A stretch of 64,000 bases of DNA from Candidatus Rokubacteria bacterium 13_1_40CM_69_27 (GTDB lineage Bacteria; Methylomirabilota; Methylomirabilia; Rokubacteriales; CSP1-6): NCBI GenBank assembly GCA_001917535.1, contig MNEF01000098.1, forward strand, positions 45,241 to 109,240. Reading direction: 5' to 3'. A program made the translations under genes and the position numbers. This document shows positions 8,654-17,249 of the stretch, in pieces. The notes below the pieces were generated by a model. The model ran no database searches, was not told the origin of the DNA, and worked only from the letters and a program-made list of their open reading frames with translations. Each line of letters opens with the position of its first letter. Positions within the stretch are counted from its first letter, which is position 1.

Positions 8654-10894
8654 GTGCACGTACGCTTCTGGGGAACGCGCGGCTCCGTCGCCGCTCCCGG
8701 CCCGGCCACGGTGCGGTACGGCGGTAACACCTCCTGTGTCGAGGTGCGCAGCGACGACGGCACCCTGATCGTGCTCGACTGCGGCACCGGCGCCCGGGCG
8801 CTCGGCCTGCACCTGGCGCGCTCGGAGCCCCAGCCCCTCCGGCTCAACCTCTTCATCGGGCACACCCACTGGGATCACATCCAGGGGTTTCCCTTCTTCG
8901 TCCCGGCGTTCATGCCGGGCGTCGAGCTGAACATCTACGCGCCCGTCGGCTTCCAGCGCAGCCTGGAGGAGGCGATGGCGGGGCAGATGGAGTACGCCTA
9001 CTTCCCGGTGACGCTCCGCGACCTGCGGAGCCGCATCCACTTCACGGAGCTGGACGAGGGCTTCTTCCGCCTGGGCGAGGTGCTGGTCGAGACGCAGTAT
9101 CTCAACCACACCGCGCCCACCATCGCCTACCGGATGTCGGCGGGCGGCGCCACCATCGCCTACACGACCGACCACGAGCCGTTCTGGAAGCCGGCGGGCG
9201 GGGTCTCCGACCATCCGGGCGACCAGAACCACATCACGTTCCTGCGCGGCGCCGATCTCGTCATCCATGACGCGCAGTACAGCGACGAGGAGTACCAGAG
9301 CAAGATCGGGTGGGGCCACAGCCCCGTCGAGTACGCCACCGATGTCGCCCTGGCCGCCGGCGTGCGCCGCCTTGCGCTCTTCCACCACGACCCCACCCAC
9401 GATGACGCCATGATCGAGCGCATGGAAACGGGAGCCCGTGACCGCGCCGCCCGCGCCGGCGGAGGCCTGGAGGTCTTCGCGGCCGCCGAGGGGCTCGAGC
9501 TGCGGGTGGACGGGCGGGGCGCCGCCAAGCCGATCGCGGCGGCCTCGGCGCTCCACCGCCGTCCGGTGGCCGGCGGACGCGTCCTCCTGGTGAGCTCCAA
9601 CGGCAGCGAGATCGCGGCCATCGAGGAGATTCTGGCAGCGGACGATCTGTCGGTGGTCGCAGTGCCGGACATGCGCGCCGCGTTGGCCCGCGGGCCCGAG
9701 GTCGCCCCCGACCTGGCGATCGTCGACGCACGACTGCCCGACGGCGACGGCGCCGCCCTCCTCCGCCCGCTGGTCGAGCGCATGGGGCGACGAAACTTCC
9801 CGATGCTGCTCCTCACCGAGGAGCCGAGCGCGGCGCGGGCGGCCGAGAAGGCCGGCGCGCCCTTCTGCGATTACCTGGCCAAGCCCTTCAGTCCGCCGAT
9901 GCTCCACGCGCGGGTGCGGGCCTGGCTGGCGCGGGCGCTGGCCACCGCGGAGACAGCCAGCCCCGACCGCGCCGAGGTTCGCCGGGCCGACGAGCCCCGC
10001 GATTTCGCCGGCATCCTCGCCCAGTTCCCGCTGTTCCAGCCGCTCGGGGGTGAGCGGCTCCGACATCTGATCCAGGGCGCCACCGAACACGCCTATCCGG
10101 CCGGCCACGTTATCGTCAGCGAGGGCGAGTTCGACGACCGCGTCTTCGTCATCCTCTCCGGGCGCGTCCGCGTGGTCGAGGCGATGGCGGACGCGATGAC
10201 CGAAGCGGTCCTGGGCGGGCTGGGGGAAGGGGAGATCTTCGGCGAGCTGAGCACGCTGACCGGCCGGCCGCGCTCGGCGACCGTCATCGCCATGGAGCGA
10301 ACCCGCTGCCTGGCGCTTCGTCACGAGCGCTTCCTCCAGGCGCTCGAGGGCTCCTCTGAAGTGGCGCTGGCTCTCCTGCGGCTGCTCGCGGGGCGGCTGC
10401 TCGAGGCCGACCGCCGGCTGGCCCGCTACGCTCCCGACACGCTGACCGGTCTGGCCAGCCGCCGCGCGTTTCACGACCAGTACCGGCGGCTCGCCGCCGG
10501 CGCCCGGCGCCGGAAGAGCGGTGTGCTGCTGTTGCTCTTCGACGTCCTGCGTCTGAGGACGATCAACGACCGTTTCGGCTACACGGTCGGCGACGAGGTG
10601 CTGCGCACCGTTGCCGACGCGCTCACCAGCACCACGAGGGCCACCGACCTCGTCGCCCGCTACGGCGCCGACGAGTTCGCCCTGCTCCTGCTGGACACGC
10701 ACGCCGACGACGTCGATCGGGTGCTGCGCCGCGTGGCGGAGAAGCTCGCGGAGCTGTCGGGCCGCCGGGGGCTATCGCTCACCGTGCAGTGCAGCGTCGG
10801 CGTCTCCTTCCGCGAGGTTCCGCCGGACATCGCCGACGAGCTGGTGCGGGAGGCGGACGGAGACATGCGCCGCGGCCGTCTCGTGCCGGCCTGA
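8654..10894 (+). CDS. Four-domain signalling protein: MBL-fold metallohydrolase, receiver (REC), cyclic-nucleotide-binding (cNMP) and GGDEF domains
   Basis: GTG start at 8654 with a GGAGGG ribosome-binding site 5 nt upstream. Residues 1-270 are an MBL fold with the HxHxDH motif GHTHWDHIQG. Residues around 300-410 are receiver-like (DLAIVDARLPDGDG, LLLTEE, YLAKPF), but the acidic pair is replaced (LLVSSNGS). Residues around 440-560 are a cNMP-binding domain (GEIFGELSTLTGRPRSATV). Residues around 575-746 are a GGDEF domain with an intact I-site RATD followed by an A-site RYGADEF (a GADEF variant). Confidence 0.8.
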   Translation: MHVRFWGTRGSVAAPGPATVRYGGNTSCVEVRSDDGTLIVLDCGTGARALGLHLARSEPQPLRLNLFIGHTHWDHIQGFPFFVPAFMPGVELNIYAPVGFQRSLEEAMAGQMEYAYFPVTLRDLRSRIHFTELDEGFFRLGEVLVETQYLNHTAPTIAYRMSAGGATIAYTTDHEPFWKPAGGVSDHPGDQNHITFLRGADLVIHDAQYSDEEYQSKIGWGHSPVEYATDVALAAGVRRLALFHHDPTHDDAMIERMETGARDRAARAGGGLEVFAAAEGLELRVDGRGAAKPIAAASALHRRPVAGGRVLLVSSNGSEIAAIEEILAADDLSVVAVPDMRAALARGPEVAPDLAIVDARLPDGDGAALLRPLVERMGRRNFPMLLLTEEPSAARAAEKAGAPFCDYLAKPFSPPMLHARVRAWLARALATAETASPDRAEVRRADEPRDFAGILAQFPLFQPLGGERLRHLIQGATEHAYPAGHVIVSEGEFDDRVFVILSGRVRVVEAMADAMTEAVLGGLGEGEIFGELSTLTGRPRSATVIAMERTRCLALRHERFLQALEGSSEVALALLRLLAGRLLEADRRLARYAPDTLTGLASRRAFHDQYRRLAAGARRRKSGVLLLLFDVLRLRTINDRFGYTVGDEVLRTVADALTSTTRATDLVARYGADEFALLLLDTHADDVDRVLRRVAEKLAELSGRRGLSLTVQCSVGVSFREVPPDIADELVREADGDMRRGRLVPA

Positions 10895-10909
10895 AGCGGG
10901 CTAGCCCAG

Positions 10910-10983
10910 TCGGAGGGGGCCTTGATGGCCCCCTCCGAAGCCTCCCCCAGGAAGGGGTTGCACCGGCGAAGCCGGCGCTCGAA
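10910..10983. repeat. REP-like palindromic element between convergent genes
   Basis: tcggagggggcc ttgat ggccccctccga at 10910-10938, a perfect 12-bp stem. It is followed by a conserved tail, cctcccccaggaaggggttgcaccggcgaagccggcgctcgaa, which is also seen at 15256-15292. Confidence 0.85.
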
Positions 10984-11030
10984 ACGGCCACCGGTGGTCG
11001 CAGTCGGCCGGCGCCATTCTTCGCAGGCAC

Positions 11031-11774
11031 CTAGCGCCGTCGCTTGCGGCTGACGAACGCCTGGATCAGCTCCCGGGCGGCCGGACTCGTCCTGAGCGCC
11101 GCCCCGTAGGCCTCGGCCTCGGGGCCGCGCCCGCCGGCGCGTAGCATCGCCACGACCGCCTTCGTCGCCGCCAGCCCCACCCGCGGCGCGCGCGCGATGT
11201 CGGCCGCCCACGCCTCGGCGGTGGCCTCCAGTGTGGGCGCCGCCACCACGCGGTTGACGAGTCCCATCCGCAGCGCCTCGCTGGCGTGGATGGTGCGCCC
11301 GGTCAGCAGCAGGTCGCGGCCGTGGGCGCCGCCGGCGACGTCCAGTAGCCGGGCGATCCCGTAGGCGGGGTTGAAGCCGAGCGTCACCTCGGGTAGGCCG
11401 AAGCGGGCGCGGTCGGACGCGATCCTCAAGTCCTGGGCCACCGCCAGCATCAGCCCGCCCCCCAGGGCATAGCCGTCGATCGCCGCCAGCGTCACCTGCG
11501 GCAGGCGCGCGAAGCGCTCCATAAGGGCCGCCTGGCGCCGGGCCAGCGCTTCGGCCTCGTCGGCGCCGAGCGTGGCCATCTCGGTGATATCGTTGCCTGC
11601 GCAGAAGGCGCGGCCCCGCCCGGCAACGACGAGGACGTTGACGTCCTCCATCGCGGTGACGCGTTCGAGCGCCTCCTCCAGCGCGGCCGTGAGCGTGCGG
11701 TTCAGCGCGTTCAGCGCCTCGGGACGGTTCAACCTGAGCCAGGCTACGCCGCGCCCGGTCTCGAGGTCGAGCAT
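11031..11774 (-). CDS. Enoyl-CoA hydratase/isomerase family protein
   Basis: 247 aa reading MLDLETGRGVAWLRLNRPEALNAL...AFCAGNDI...IDGYALGGGLMLA, a crotonase fold. Confidence 0.8.
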   Translation of the reverse strand: MLDLETGRGVAWLRLNRPEALNALNRTLTAALEEALERVTAMEDVNVLVVAGRGRAFCAGNDITEMATLGADEAEALARRQAALMERFARLPQVTLAAIDGYALGGGLMLAVAQDLRIASDRARFGLPEVTLGFNPAYGIARLLDVAGGAHGRDLLLTGRTIHASEALRMGLVNRVVAAPTLEATAEAWAADIARAPRVGLAATKAVVAMLRAGGRGPEAEAYGAALRTSPAARELIQAFVSRKRRR

Positions 11775-12007
11775 CAGGCGCGGGGATGCGGCCGGAGCCA
11801 GGCGAGCGCGGCCAGCGCGACGCCCGCAGCGGCGGCGAAGGGCCAGAAGTTGGTGCGGAAGAACGGGATCGAGAACGCATCGACACCCAGCGGCAGGTGG
11901 GGCCCGTGCTCCTCCAGCGGGCTGACGGTGAGGATGATGACGGTGCGCTGCCGGTCGAGCGCGTCCAGCGCCCGCGTGGACATCTCTTCGAGTCGATGCA
12001 CGCTCAA
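11774..12007 (-). pseudogene. Creatininase-family (creatinine amidohydrolase) N-terminal fragment
   Basis: A 77-aa ORF with a TTG start containing ILTVSPLEEHGPHLPLGVDAF, which matches the creatininase motif (EQHGPHLPLGTD). It then diverges and terminates. Full-length family members are about 250 aa. Confidence 0.4.
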
Positions 12008-13518
12008 AAGGAGGACCCTCGGGTGGCCGTGAGGTAGTCGGTCTTGGCGCGGTCCAGCTCCGCGATGACGGCGCGGCGCTCGGCGATCAGCTCACGCGCG
12101 GCCTGGTCGCGCGTGAGCGCCAGCACGCCGAAGCGCAGCACGCGCCGGAGCCGGCCGAGCCCGCGGAAGTAGTGATAGGCCACCACGCCGGTGAGGGGCA
12201 GCGAGAGCGCGAAGAGGGCGGCCCAGCCCCGGCCGGCGAGGCGCGCCACCAGCCCGACCTCGAGCCCCCAGAAGAGGGGAAAGGCGACGATGCTGGCCAG
12301 CAGCCGCGTCGTCGCGTAGTCGGTCTCCTTGCGCGCGGTGGCCCGAGCGAGCCAGCGGGGCACGAAGTAGGGCAGCGCGTTGACGGCGGCGCCGTAGACG
12401 AACACGGGGAAGCCCGCGATGGCGCCCCCGGTGCGCCGGAGGCGCCGCCGGATCGGCGAGTGTCCCAGCCGCGCCTGCACCGCCTCGTCCTTCACCCGGT
12501 AGGCGCGGAGGAGGGCACGGTAGCCCTGTATCCGCTGCCAGATTCGCTCGACCCGCTTCGGCTCGCGCGCCTTGAAGTACTGCACCGCGTCCACGATCGT
12601 GCGCGACAGGCGGAAGAGATCGATCTGCCTGTCAGCGAGCCCGCGCTCCTCCCTCAGCTCGCGGATCAGCTCGCCCCGATAAAGCTCCTCCACGGCCCGG
12701 ACGACCTCGGCGGCCTCGATCCGGTCCACGTGCACCACTTGGGCCTCCATGGCCCACTGGATCGCCGTGGTGAGCGCCTCCACGCCCTTGGTGGCGTCGG
12801 CGTGGTAGGCCGCGACGTACGCGGCGATCGGGATCGGCTCGCCGAAGGAGACGAGCACCCGCCCCCTGAACGACTTGCGTGCTTCGAAGGACAGGCCGAC
12901 CGGAATGAGCCGCAGCTCGCCGGGATGGTCCACCTCGTAACCCAGGGCGATGCGGGCGGCGCCGGTCCTGATGCGCTGGACGCGGGCCTCGGCGTGGGTG
13001 GTGCCCTCGGGATAGATCGCGATGAGCCGGCCCTCGGCGAAGGCCCGATGACATGCCGCGAAGACGTCGGCGTTGCGGTCGGCTCGTCGGCTCGCCTCGG
13101 GCGCAGGGGGCGAGTTTGATTCGCTCGCCTCGCGCGCGGGGGCCCCAGCCCCCGGCCGCGCTGCGGCTCGCCCTGCGGCTCGCACTGCCATCTTGTCCGG
13201 GTCGTCCTGTCTCCGGTAGACGGGGATGGCGCCGCAGGCGGCGAGGAAGCACGCCAAGAGCGGATTGCGGAAGAGCGCGGCGGTGGCCAGATAGTGTGCC
13301 TTGCGGGTGAGGACGGCGCCGACCAGCAGGGAGTCGATGAGGTTGTTGGGGTGGTTGATGCAGAGCAGGACCGGCCCCCGCTCCGGCACCCGCTCGGAGT
13401 GCCGCGCGTCCACGCGCTTGAAGAAGAACCACAGCCAGAACCGCGCGATCAGCCGGACGGCCACGTAGAAGCGATCGCTCCCGGATGCGGCCGGAGCCTC
13501 GGCGACGGTCGTCGTCAT
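12004..13518 (-). CDS. Lysophospholipid/1-acyl-sn-glycerol-3-phosphate acyltransferase (PlsC family) with a C-terminal membrane extension and an internal low-complexity insertion
   Basis: The start is the ATG at 13518 (MTTTVAEAP). It has the HX4D motif NHPNNLID and the IYPEGTTH motif. A 33-aa insertion, AVRAAGRAAARPGAGAPAREASESNSPPAPEASRRADR, lies between motifs II and III and is encoded by the repeat family 2 copy. The 150-aa arginine-rich N-terminus of the tracked ORF is rejected. Confidence 0.75.
   Translation of the reverse strand: MTTTVAEAPAASGSDRFYVAVRLIARFWLWFFFKRVDARHSERVPERGPVLLCINHPNNLIDSLLVGAVLTRKAHYLATAALFRNPLLACFLAACGAIPVYRRQDDPDKMAVRAAGRAAARPGAGAPAREASESNSPPAPEASRRADRNADVFAACHRAFAEGRLIAIYPEGTTHAEARVQRIRTGAARIALGYEVDHPGELRLIPVGLSFEARKSFRGRVLVSFGEPIPIAAYVAAYHADATKGVEALTTAIQWAMEAQVVHVDRIEAAEVVRAVEELYRGELIRELREERGLADRQIDLFRLSRTIVDAVQYFKAREPKRVERIWQRIQGYRALLRAYRVKDEAVQARLGHSPIRRRLRRTGGAIAGFPVFVYGAAVNALPYFVPRWLARATARKETDYATTRLLASIVAFPLFWGLEVGLVARLAGRGWAALFALSLPLTGVVAYHYFRGLGRLRRVLRFGVLALTRDQAARELIAERRAVIAELDRAKTDYLTATRGSSF
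13078..13190. repeat. Direct-repeat family 2 (GCTCGCCTCGGGCGCAGGGG-type) inside the plsC-like coding sequence
   Basis: ggctcgcctcgggcgcaggggg at 13088-13109, gattcgctcgcctcgcgcgcggggg at 13116-13141 and a degenerate gcggctcgccctgcggctcgcactgcc unit after that. Near-identical units are at 59916-60025. Confidence 0.7.
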
Positions 13519-14057
13519 CTGCCGGCGTGGCGCTTGAGCAGGCTGTCGAAGTCCTCCACCGTCAGGCTCTCCGCCCATTCCACCGCCTCGGAGTCGTGGC
13601 CGTAAGACTCGGCCATGTAGGTCATCGCCTCCCGCTTCGTCGAGAAGAGCCGCCACAGGTGGCCGGGGCCGCCGCCCCGCCGCCGCAGGTGGAAGGCGGG
13701 ATCGGTGGGCGTCTGGGGCTGATAGGTGGTGCGCTGGCCGAAGCGATCCAGGGTGATCCAGGCCACGGCGATACCGTGCGCGGAGAGTACCCGCGTCCTC
13801 AGCGAGTCCTCGGGCGGGAGCGAGTCGATGTCGCGGAGCTGGGGCCCGTAGTAGACGGGGACGCCTTCGCCGGGCAGCGTGAGCCGCGCGCTGAGCGGCT
13901 CGCCGACCGAGTCGAGCAGCGCCTTGGACTCTTCGCTCACCCAGACGAGCCCGGGCGTATAGAGGTCGGCCCACGCCTCGATCACGCTGCCGGCGGGCAG
14001 CAGGGGGCGCCGCCTCGCGATCTCGTCTCCTCCGGCGATGAGATAGAGGCGTCTCAC
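13515..14057 (-). CDS. Hypothetical protein with no recognised domain, embedded in the methylcitrate-type operon
   Basis: The GTG at 14057 overlaps the prpF stop (GTGA) and its stop overlaps the plsC-like start. The protein reads VRRLYLIAGGDEIARRRPLLPAGSVIEAW... Confidence 0.5.
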   Translation of the reverse strand: MRRLYLIAGGDEIARRRPLLPAGSVIEAWADLYTPGLVWVSEESKALLDSVGEPLSARLTLPGEGVPVYYGPQLRDIDSLPPEDSLRTRVLSAHGIAVAWITLDRFGQRTTYQPQTPTDPAFHLRRRGGGPGHLWRLFSTKREAMTYMAESYGHDSEAVEWAESLTVEDFDSLLKRHAGR

Positions 14058-15154
14058 GGAATCCTCACGAACCCTTCCATCAGGCGACGCGCCGTTCGGT
14101 AGACGGTCACGCACTCCGCCCACGGTTGGCCGTCGCGAATGGTCACCGTGGCGGCGACGGGCAGCACGCCCGACGGGTGGCCGAGCCTGAGATCACCCTC
14201 CTTGCCGCCGAGCGCGCATTCGTGGACCACCGTGCCCTCGACGCGGGCGGCCACCGCCAGACACATGGCGGCGGTCAGCGCGAAGGCCCGGTGACAGTTG
14301 CCCATCGACATGACGCGCGCCAGCAGGTCGACCTGGTCGGAGGCGTAGGGTGTCCCGTCGAGCGCCCGGAAGGGCGCGGCCCGAGCGACAACCGCGATCT
14401 TGGGGACGGCGGCGCTTCCGGGAACGCCCATCCGGCCGGCGGCCTCGACCCGGATCGCCTCGAGGCGGGCCCCGACCGCGCGATCGGCATCGATCGCCTC
14501 CGGCGTCTCGGCGCCCGTGAGCCCGAGATCCCGGGCCCGGACGAAGACCACGGGGTTGGTGGCGTCCACCAGCGAGGCCTCCACGCCGCCGACCGCGTCG
14601 CGCGGCCGGCCCGTCGGCAGCAGCCGCTCGGTGGCCGCGCCGCCGGGGTCGAAGAAGTCGAGCGCGATCCTGGCGCCGCTGCCGGGCACGCCGGCCAGCT
14701 CGAAGTCACCTTCCACCGCCGCCTCGCCGTCCTTCACCGGCACGTGGGCCACGATGATCTTCCTGGTGTTCGTGTTGTGGATCCGCACGATCTTCTCGTC
14801 GGCGCCGGCGGGTACGATCTTCTCGTCGATGGCGAACGGGCCGACAGTGGCCGAGCAGTTGCCGCAGTTGCCGGCGTAGTCCACGACGGGGTTCCTCACG
14901 TCGACCTGGGCGAACGTGTAGTTCACATCGGCGTCGGAACGGGTGGGCGGGCCGATGATACACGCCTTGGAGAGCGACGAGATGCCGCCGCCGAGACCGT
15001 CGAGCTGCCGGCCGTAAGGGTCGGGGCTGCCCAGCGCGGCGAGGAGGATGCGATCGCGCGCCGGCCCCGGATGCGGCAGGTCCTCCTCGTGGAAGACGAG
15101 GCACCGGCTCGTCCCGCCACGCATGTAGACGGCCCGGACCCGGCGCTGCGTCAT
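14054..15154 (-). CDS. prpF: PrpF family 2-methylaconitate isomerase (PrpF/AcnD-accessory)
   Basis: 366 aa reading MTQRRVRAVYMRGGTSRCLVFHEEDLP...CGNCSATVGPFAIDE..., the PrpF/methylaconitate isomerase family signature. Confidence 0.8.
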   Translation of the reverse strand: MTQRRVRAVYMRGGTSRCLVFHEEDLPHPGPARDRILLAALGSPDPYGRQLDGLGGGISSLSKACIIGPPTRSDADVNYTFAQVDVRNPVVDYAGNCGNCSATVGPFAIDEKIVPAGADEKIVRIHNTNTRKIIVAHVPVKDGEAAVEGDFELAGVPGSGARIALDFFDPGGAATERLLPTGRPRDAVGGVEASLVDATNPVVFVRARDLGLTGAETPEAIDADRAVGARLEAIRVEAAGRMGVPGSAAVPKIAVVARAAPFRALDGTPYASDQVDLLARVMSMGNCHRAFALTAAMCLAVAARVEGTVVHECALGGKEGDLRLGHPSGVLPVAATVTIRDGQPWAECVTVYRTARRLMEGFVRIP

Positions 15155-15157
15155 ATC

Positions 15158-15298
15158 CTCGGAGGGGGGTTACGCCCCCTTTCCTCCGTCGGAGGGGGCC
15201 GTCGAGGCCCCCTCCGAGATCCCTGGTCGGAAGGGGCCTCGCGGCCTCCTCCGAGCTACCCCAGAGGATTGCGCCGGCGGAGCCGGCGCTCGAAGCGT
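15158..15298. repeat. Cluster of three REP-like units plus the conserved tail, between the aconitase gene and prpF
   Basis: A degenerate unit at 15158-15188, the perfect unit tcggagggggcc gtcga ggccccctccga at 15189-15217, the variant tcggaaggggcc tcgc ggcctcctccga at 15227-15254, and the tail ccccagaggattgcgccggcggagccggcgctcgaa at 15256-15292. Confidence 0.85.
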
Positions 15299-15327
15299 CG
15301 TCGTCCCCCGCGCTGCGACCGATGGGG

Positions 15328-17247
15328 TCATCGCCGAGCGGAGCGGGTGTGGGCGAGGAGCCCACCGGCGAGGAGGATCTCGCGCTCGCGCGGCGTCAGC
15401 ACGCAGGAGGCCGCGAAGCCGCGCCCCGTGCGCGCGTTGACGACGGTCACGCGTGCGCCCGCCGCCAGGGCCGCGCGCAGCCCCTCGAGCCGGAGCCGGT
15501 CGTCGCGCTCGATATCGTCCCCGTCGCCGGGGTCGTCGCAGGTGAGGGGGACGATGCCCCAGTTGATGAGGTTGGCGCGGTGGATGCGCGCGAATGACCT
15601 GGCAATCACGGCGCGGACGCCCAGGTACATGGGCGCGACGGCGGCCACCTCGCGGGAGGAGCCCTGGCCGTAGAGCTCCCCGGCCACGATGATGCCCCGC
15701 CCGGCGGCCTTGGCGCGGGCCACGAACTCCGGGTCGACATACTTGAAGCAGAACTCGGCGATGGCCGGGATGTTCGAGCGGAAGATCAGGATGCCCGCCC
15801 CCGACGGGGAGATGTCGTCGGTCGAGACCTTGTCGCCGAGCTTCAGCAGTACGGGCGCCTCCAGCGTCTGGGCGACGGGCTCGCCGAGCGGGACCGGCTT
15901 GATGTTCGGGCCGCGCGCGACCTCGCCCTGGCCGTCGGCCTCGACCAGCCCGGCCGTCGACGCGGCGAAGCTCGCCGGCAGGCGCAGCGGCGGCTCGGGC
16001 CCGAGCGTGCGCGGATCGGTGATGACACCGGTCAGCGCCGAGGCGGCGGCGACCACCGACGAGCAGAGATAGACCTGATCGTCCTTGACGCCGCTGCGGC
16101 CGGGAAAGTTGCGGTTGAAGGCGCGCAGGCTCTTGGCCCCGCTGGCCGGCACGTGGCCGAGGCCCGGGCACGCGCCGCAGGTCGACTCGGAGACGGTGAC
16201 GCCGGCCTCCAGAAGATCGGTGAGCAGGCCCTCGCGGGCCATCGTTTCTAAAATTCGATGGCTGCCGGGGAAGAGAACGAACGAGACTGATGGGTGCACG
16301 CGGCGGGTCCTCAGAACGGCGGTGACCGATGCCATGTCGTGCCACGAGCCGTTCGTGCACGAGCCGACCATCACCTGCTCGACCGCCGTCCCCGCCACCT
16401 CCTCCACCGGCACCACGCGGTCGGGCGAGCCGGGCAGGGCGATCAGTGGCCCGACGGCGCCCAGGTCCAGCTCGAGCTGATCGTCGTAGGACGCGTCGTC
16501 ATCGGGCGCGGCCGGCCGCCAGTCGGCGCCGCGGCCGAGCCGCGACAGGTACGAGCGCGTGACCTCGTCGCTGGGAAAGACGCTCGTCGTGAGCGAGAGC
16601 TCGGCGCCCATGTTGGCGATGGTCATGCGCTGGGCCACCAGCAGGCTCTGGAGGCCCGGGCCGGCGTACTCGAAGATCTTGCCGCTCCCGCCGTGGACGC
16701 TCAGTCGGCGCAGCAGCTCGAGGATCACGTCCTTGGCGGTGACCCATGGACGCAGGGCGCCGCTCAGCCAGACGCGGACGACGGCCGGCATCGTGAAGAA
16801 GTAGGGGCCGCCGCCCATGGCCACCGCCACGTCGAGGCTGCCGGCGCCGATGGCGAGCATTCCCACCGCCCCGCAGAGCGGTGTGTGGCTGTCGCTGCCC
16901 AGCAGCGTCTGCCCCGGCACCGAGAAGGTCTCGAGGTGCACTTGATGGCAGATGCCGTTGCCGGGCTTGGAGAAGGTGGCGCCGTACTTCCGCGAGGCGG
17001 TGCCGAGATAGCGGTGGTCGTCGGAGTTCCGCGAGTCGAACTGGTAGACGTTGTGGTCGATGTAGGTGACGACCCGGGGGGCGGCCACCCGCTGGAAGCC
17101 CAGCGCCTCGAACTGGAGGAACGCCATGGTGCCGTTGGTGTCCGTCAGGAGGATCTGGTCCATGGCCAGGCCGATTTCTTCGCCCACGTCCAGCTTGCCG
17201 GCGGCCAGGTGGCTCCCGATCAGCTTGTGGGTGAGGCTCCGGCCCAT
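15328..17247 (-). CDS. Aconitase-family hydro-lyase (fused large and small subunit; candidate 2-methylcitrate dehydratase)
   Basis: 639 aa with an aconitase catalytic domain (GICHQVHLE..., GSDSHT, VGSCTNGSWHDM) and a C-terminal swivel domain. It lies between prpC and prpF. Confidence 0.8.
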   Translation of the reverse strand: MGRSLTHKLIGSHLAAGKLDVGEEIGLAMDQILLTDTNGTMAFLQFEALGFQRVAAPRVVTYIDHNVYQFDSRNSDDHRYLGTASRKYGATFSKPGNGICHQVHLETFSVPGQTLLGSDSHTPLCGAVGMLAIGAGSLDVAVAMGGGPYFFTMPAVVRVWLSGALRPWVTAKDVILELLRRLSVHGGSGKIFEYAGPGLQSLLVAQRMTIANMGAELSLTTSVFPSDEVTRSYLSRLGRGADWRPAAPDDDASYDDQLELDLGAVGPLIALPGSPDRVVPVEEVAGTAVEQVMVGSCTNGSWHDMASVTAVLRTRRVHPSVSFVLFPGSHRILETMAREGLLTDLLEAGVTVSESTCGACPGLGHVPASGAKSLRAFNRNFPGRSGVKDDQVYLCSSVVAAASALTGVITDPRTLGPEPPLRLPASFAASTAGLVEADGQGEVARGPNIKPVPLGEPVAQTLEAPVLLKLGDKVSTDDISPSGAGILIFRSNIPAIAEFCFKYVDPEFVARAKAAGRGIIVAGELYGQGSSREVAAVAPMYLGVRAVIARSFARIHRANLINWGIVPLTCDDPGDGDDIERDDRLRLEGLRAALAAGARVTVVNARTGRGFAASCVLTPREREILLAGGLLAHTRSARR

Positions 17248-17249
17248 GC

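Noticed and set aside
8048-10702. An 884-aa minus-strand ORF and several 150-250 aa ORFs antisense to the signalling-protein gene
   Set aside because: They are low-complexity Arg/Gly/Asp-rich, while the plus-strand product has four clean domains.
10660-11886. A 408-aa minus ORF (MSMRSRSRSSAPTSG...) spanning the REP and the crotonase gene
   Set aside because: It is a compositional artefact. The crotonase gene at 11031..11774 is in a different frame with clear homology.
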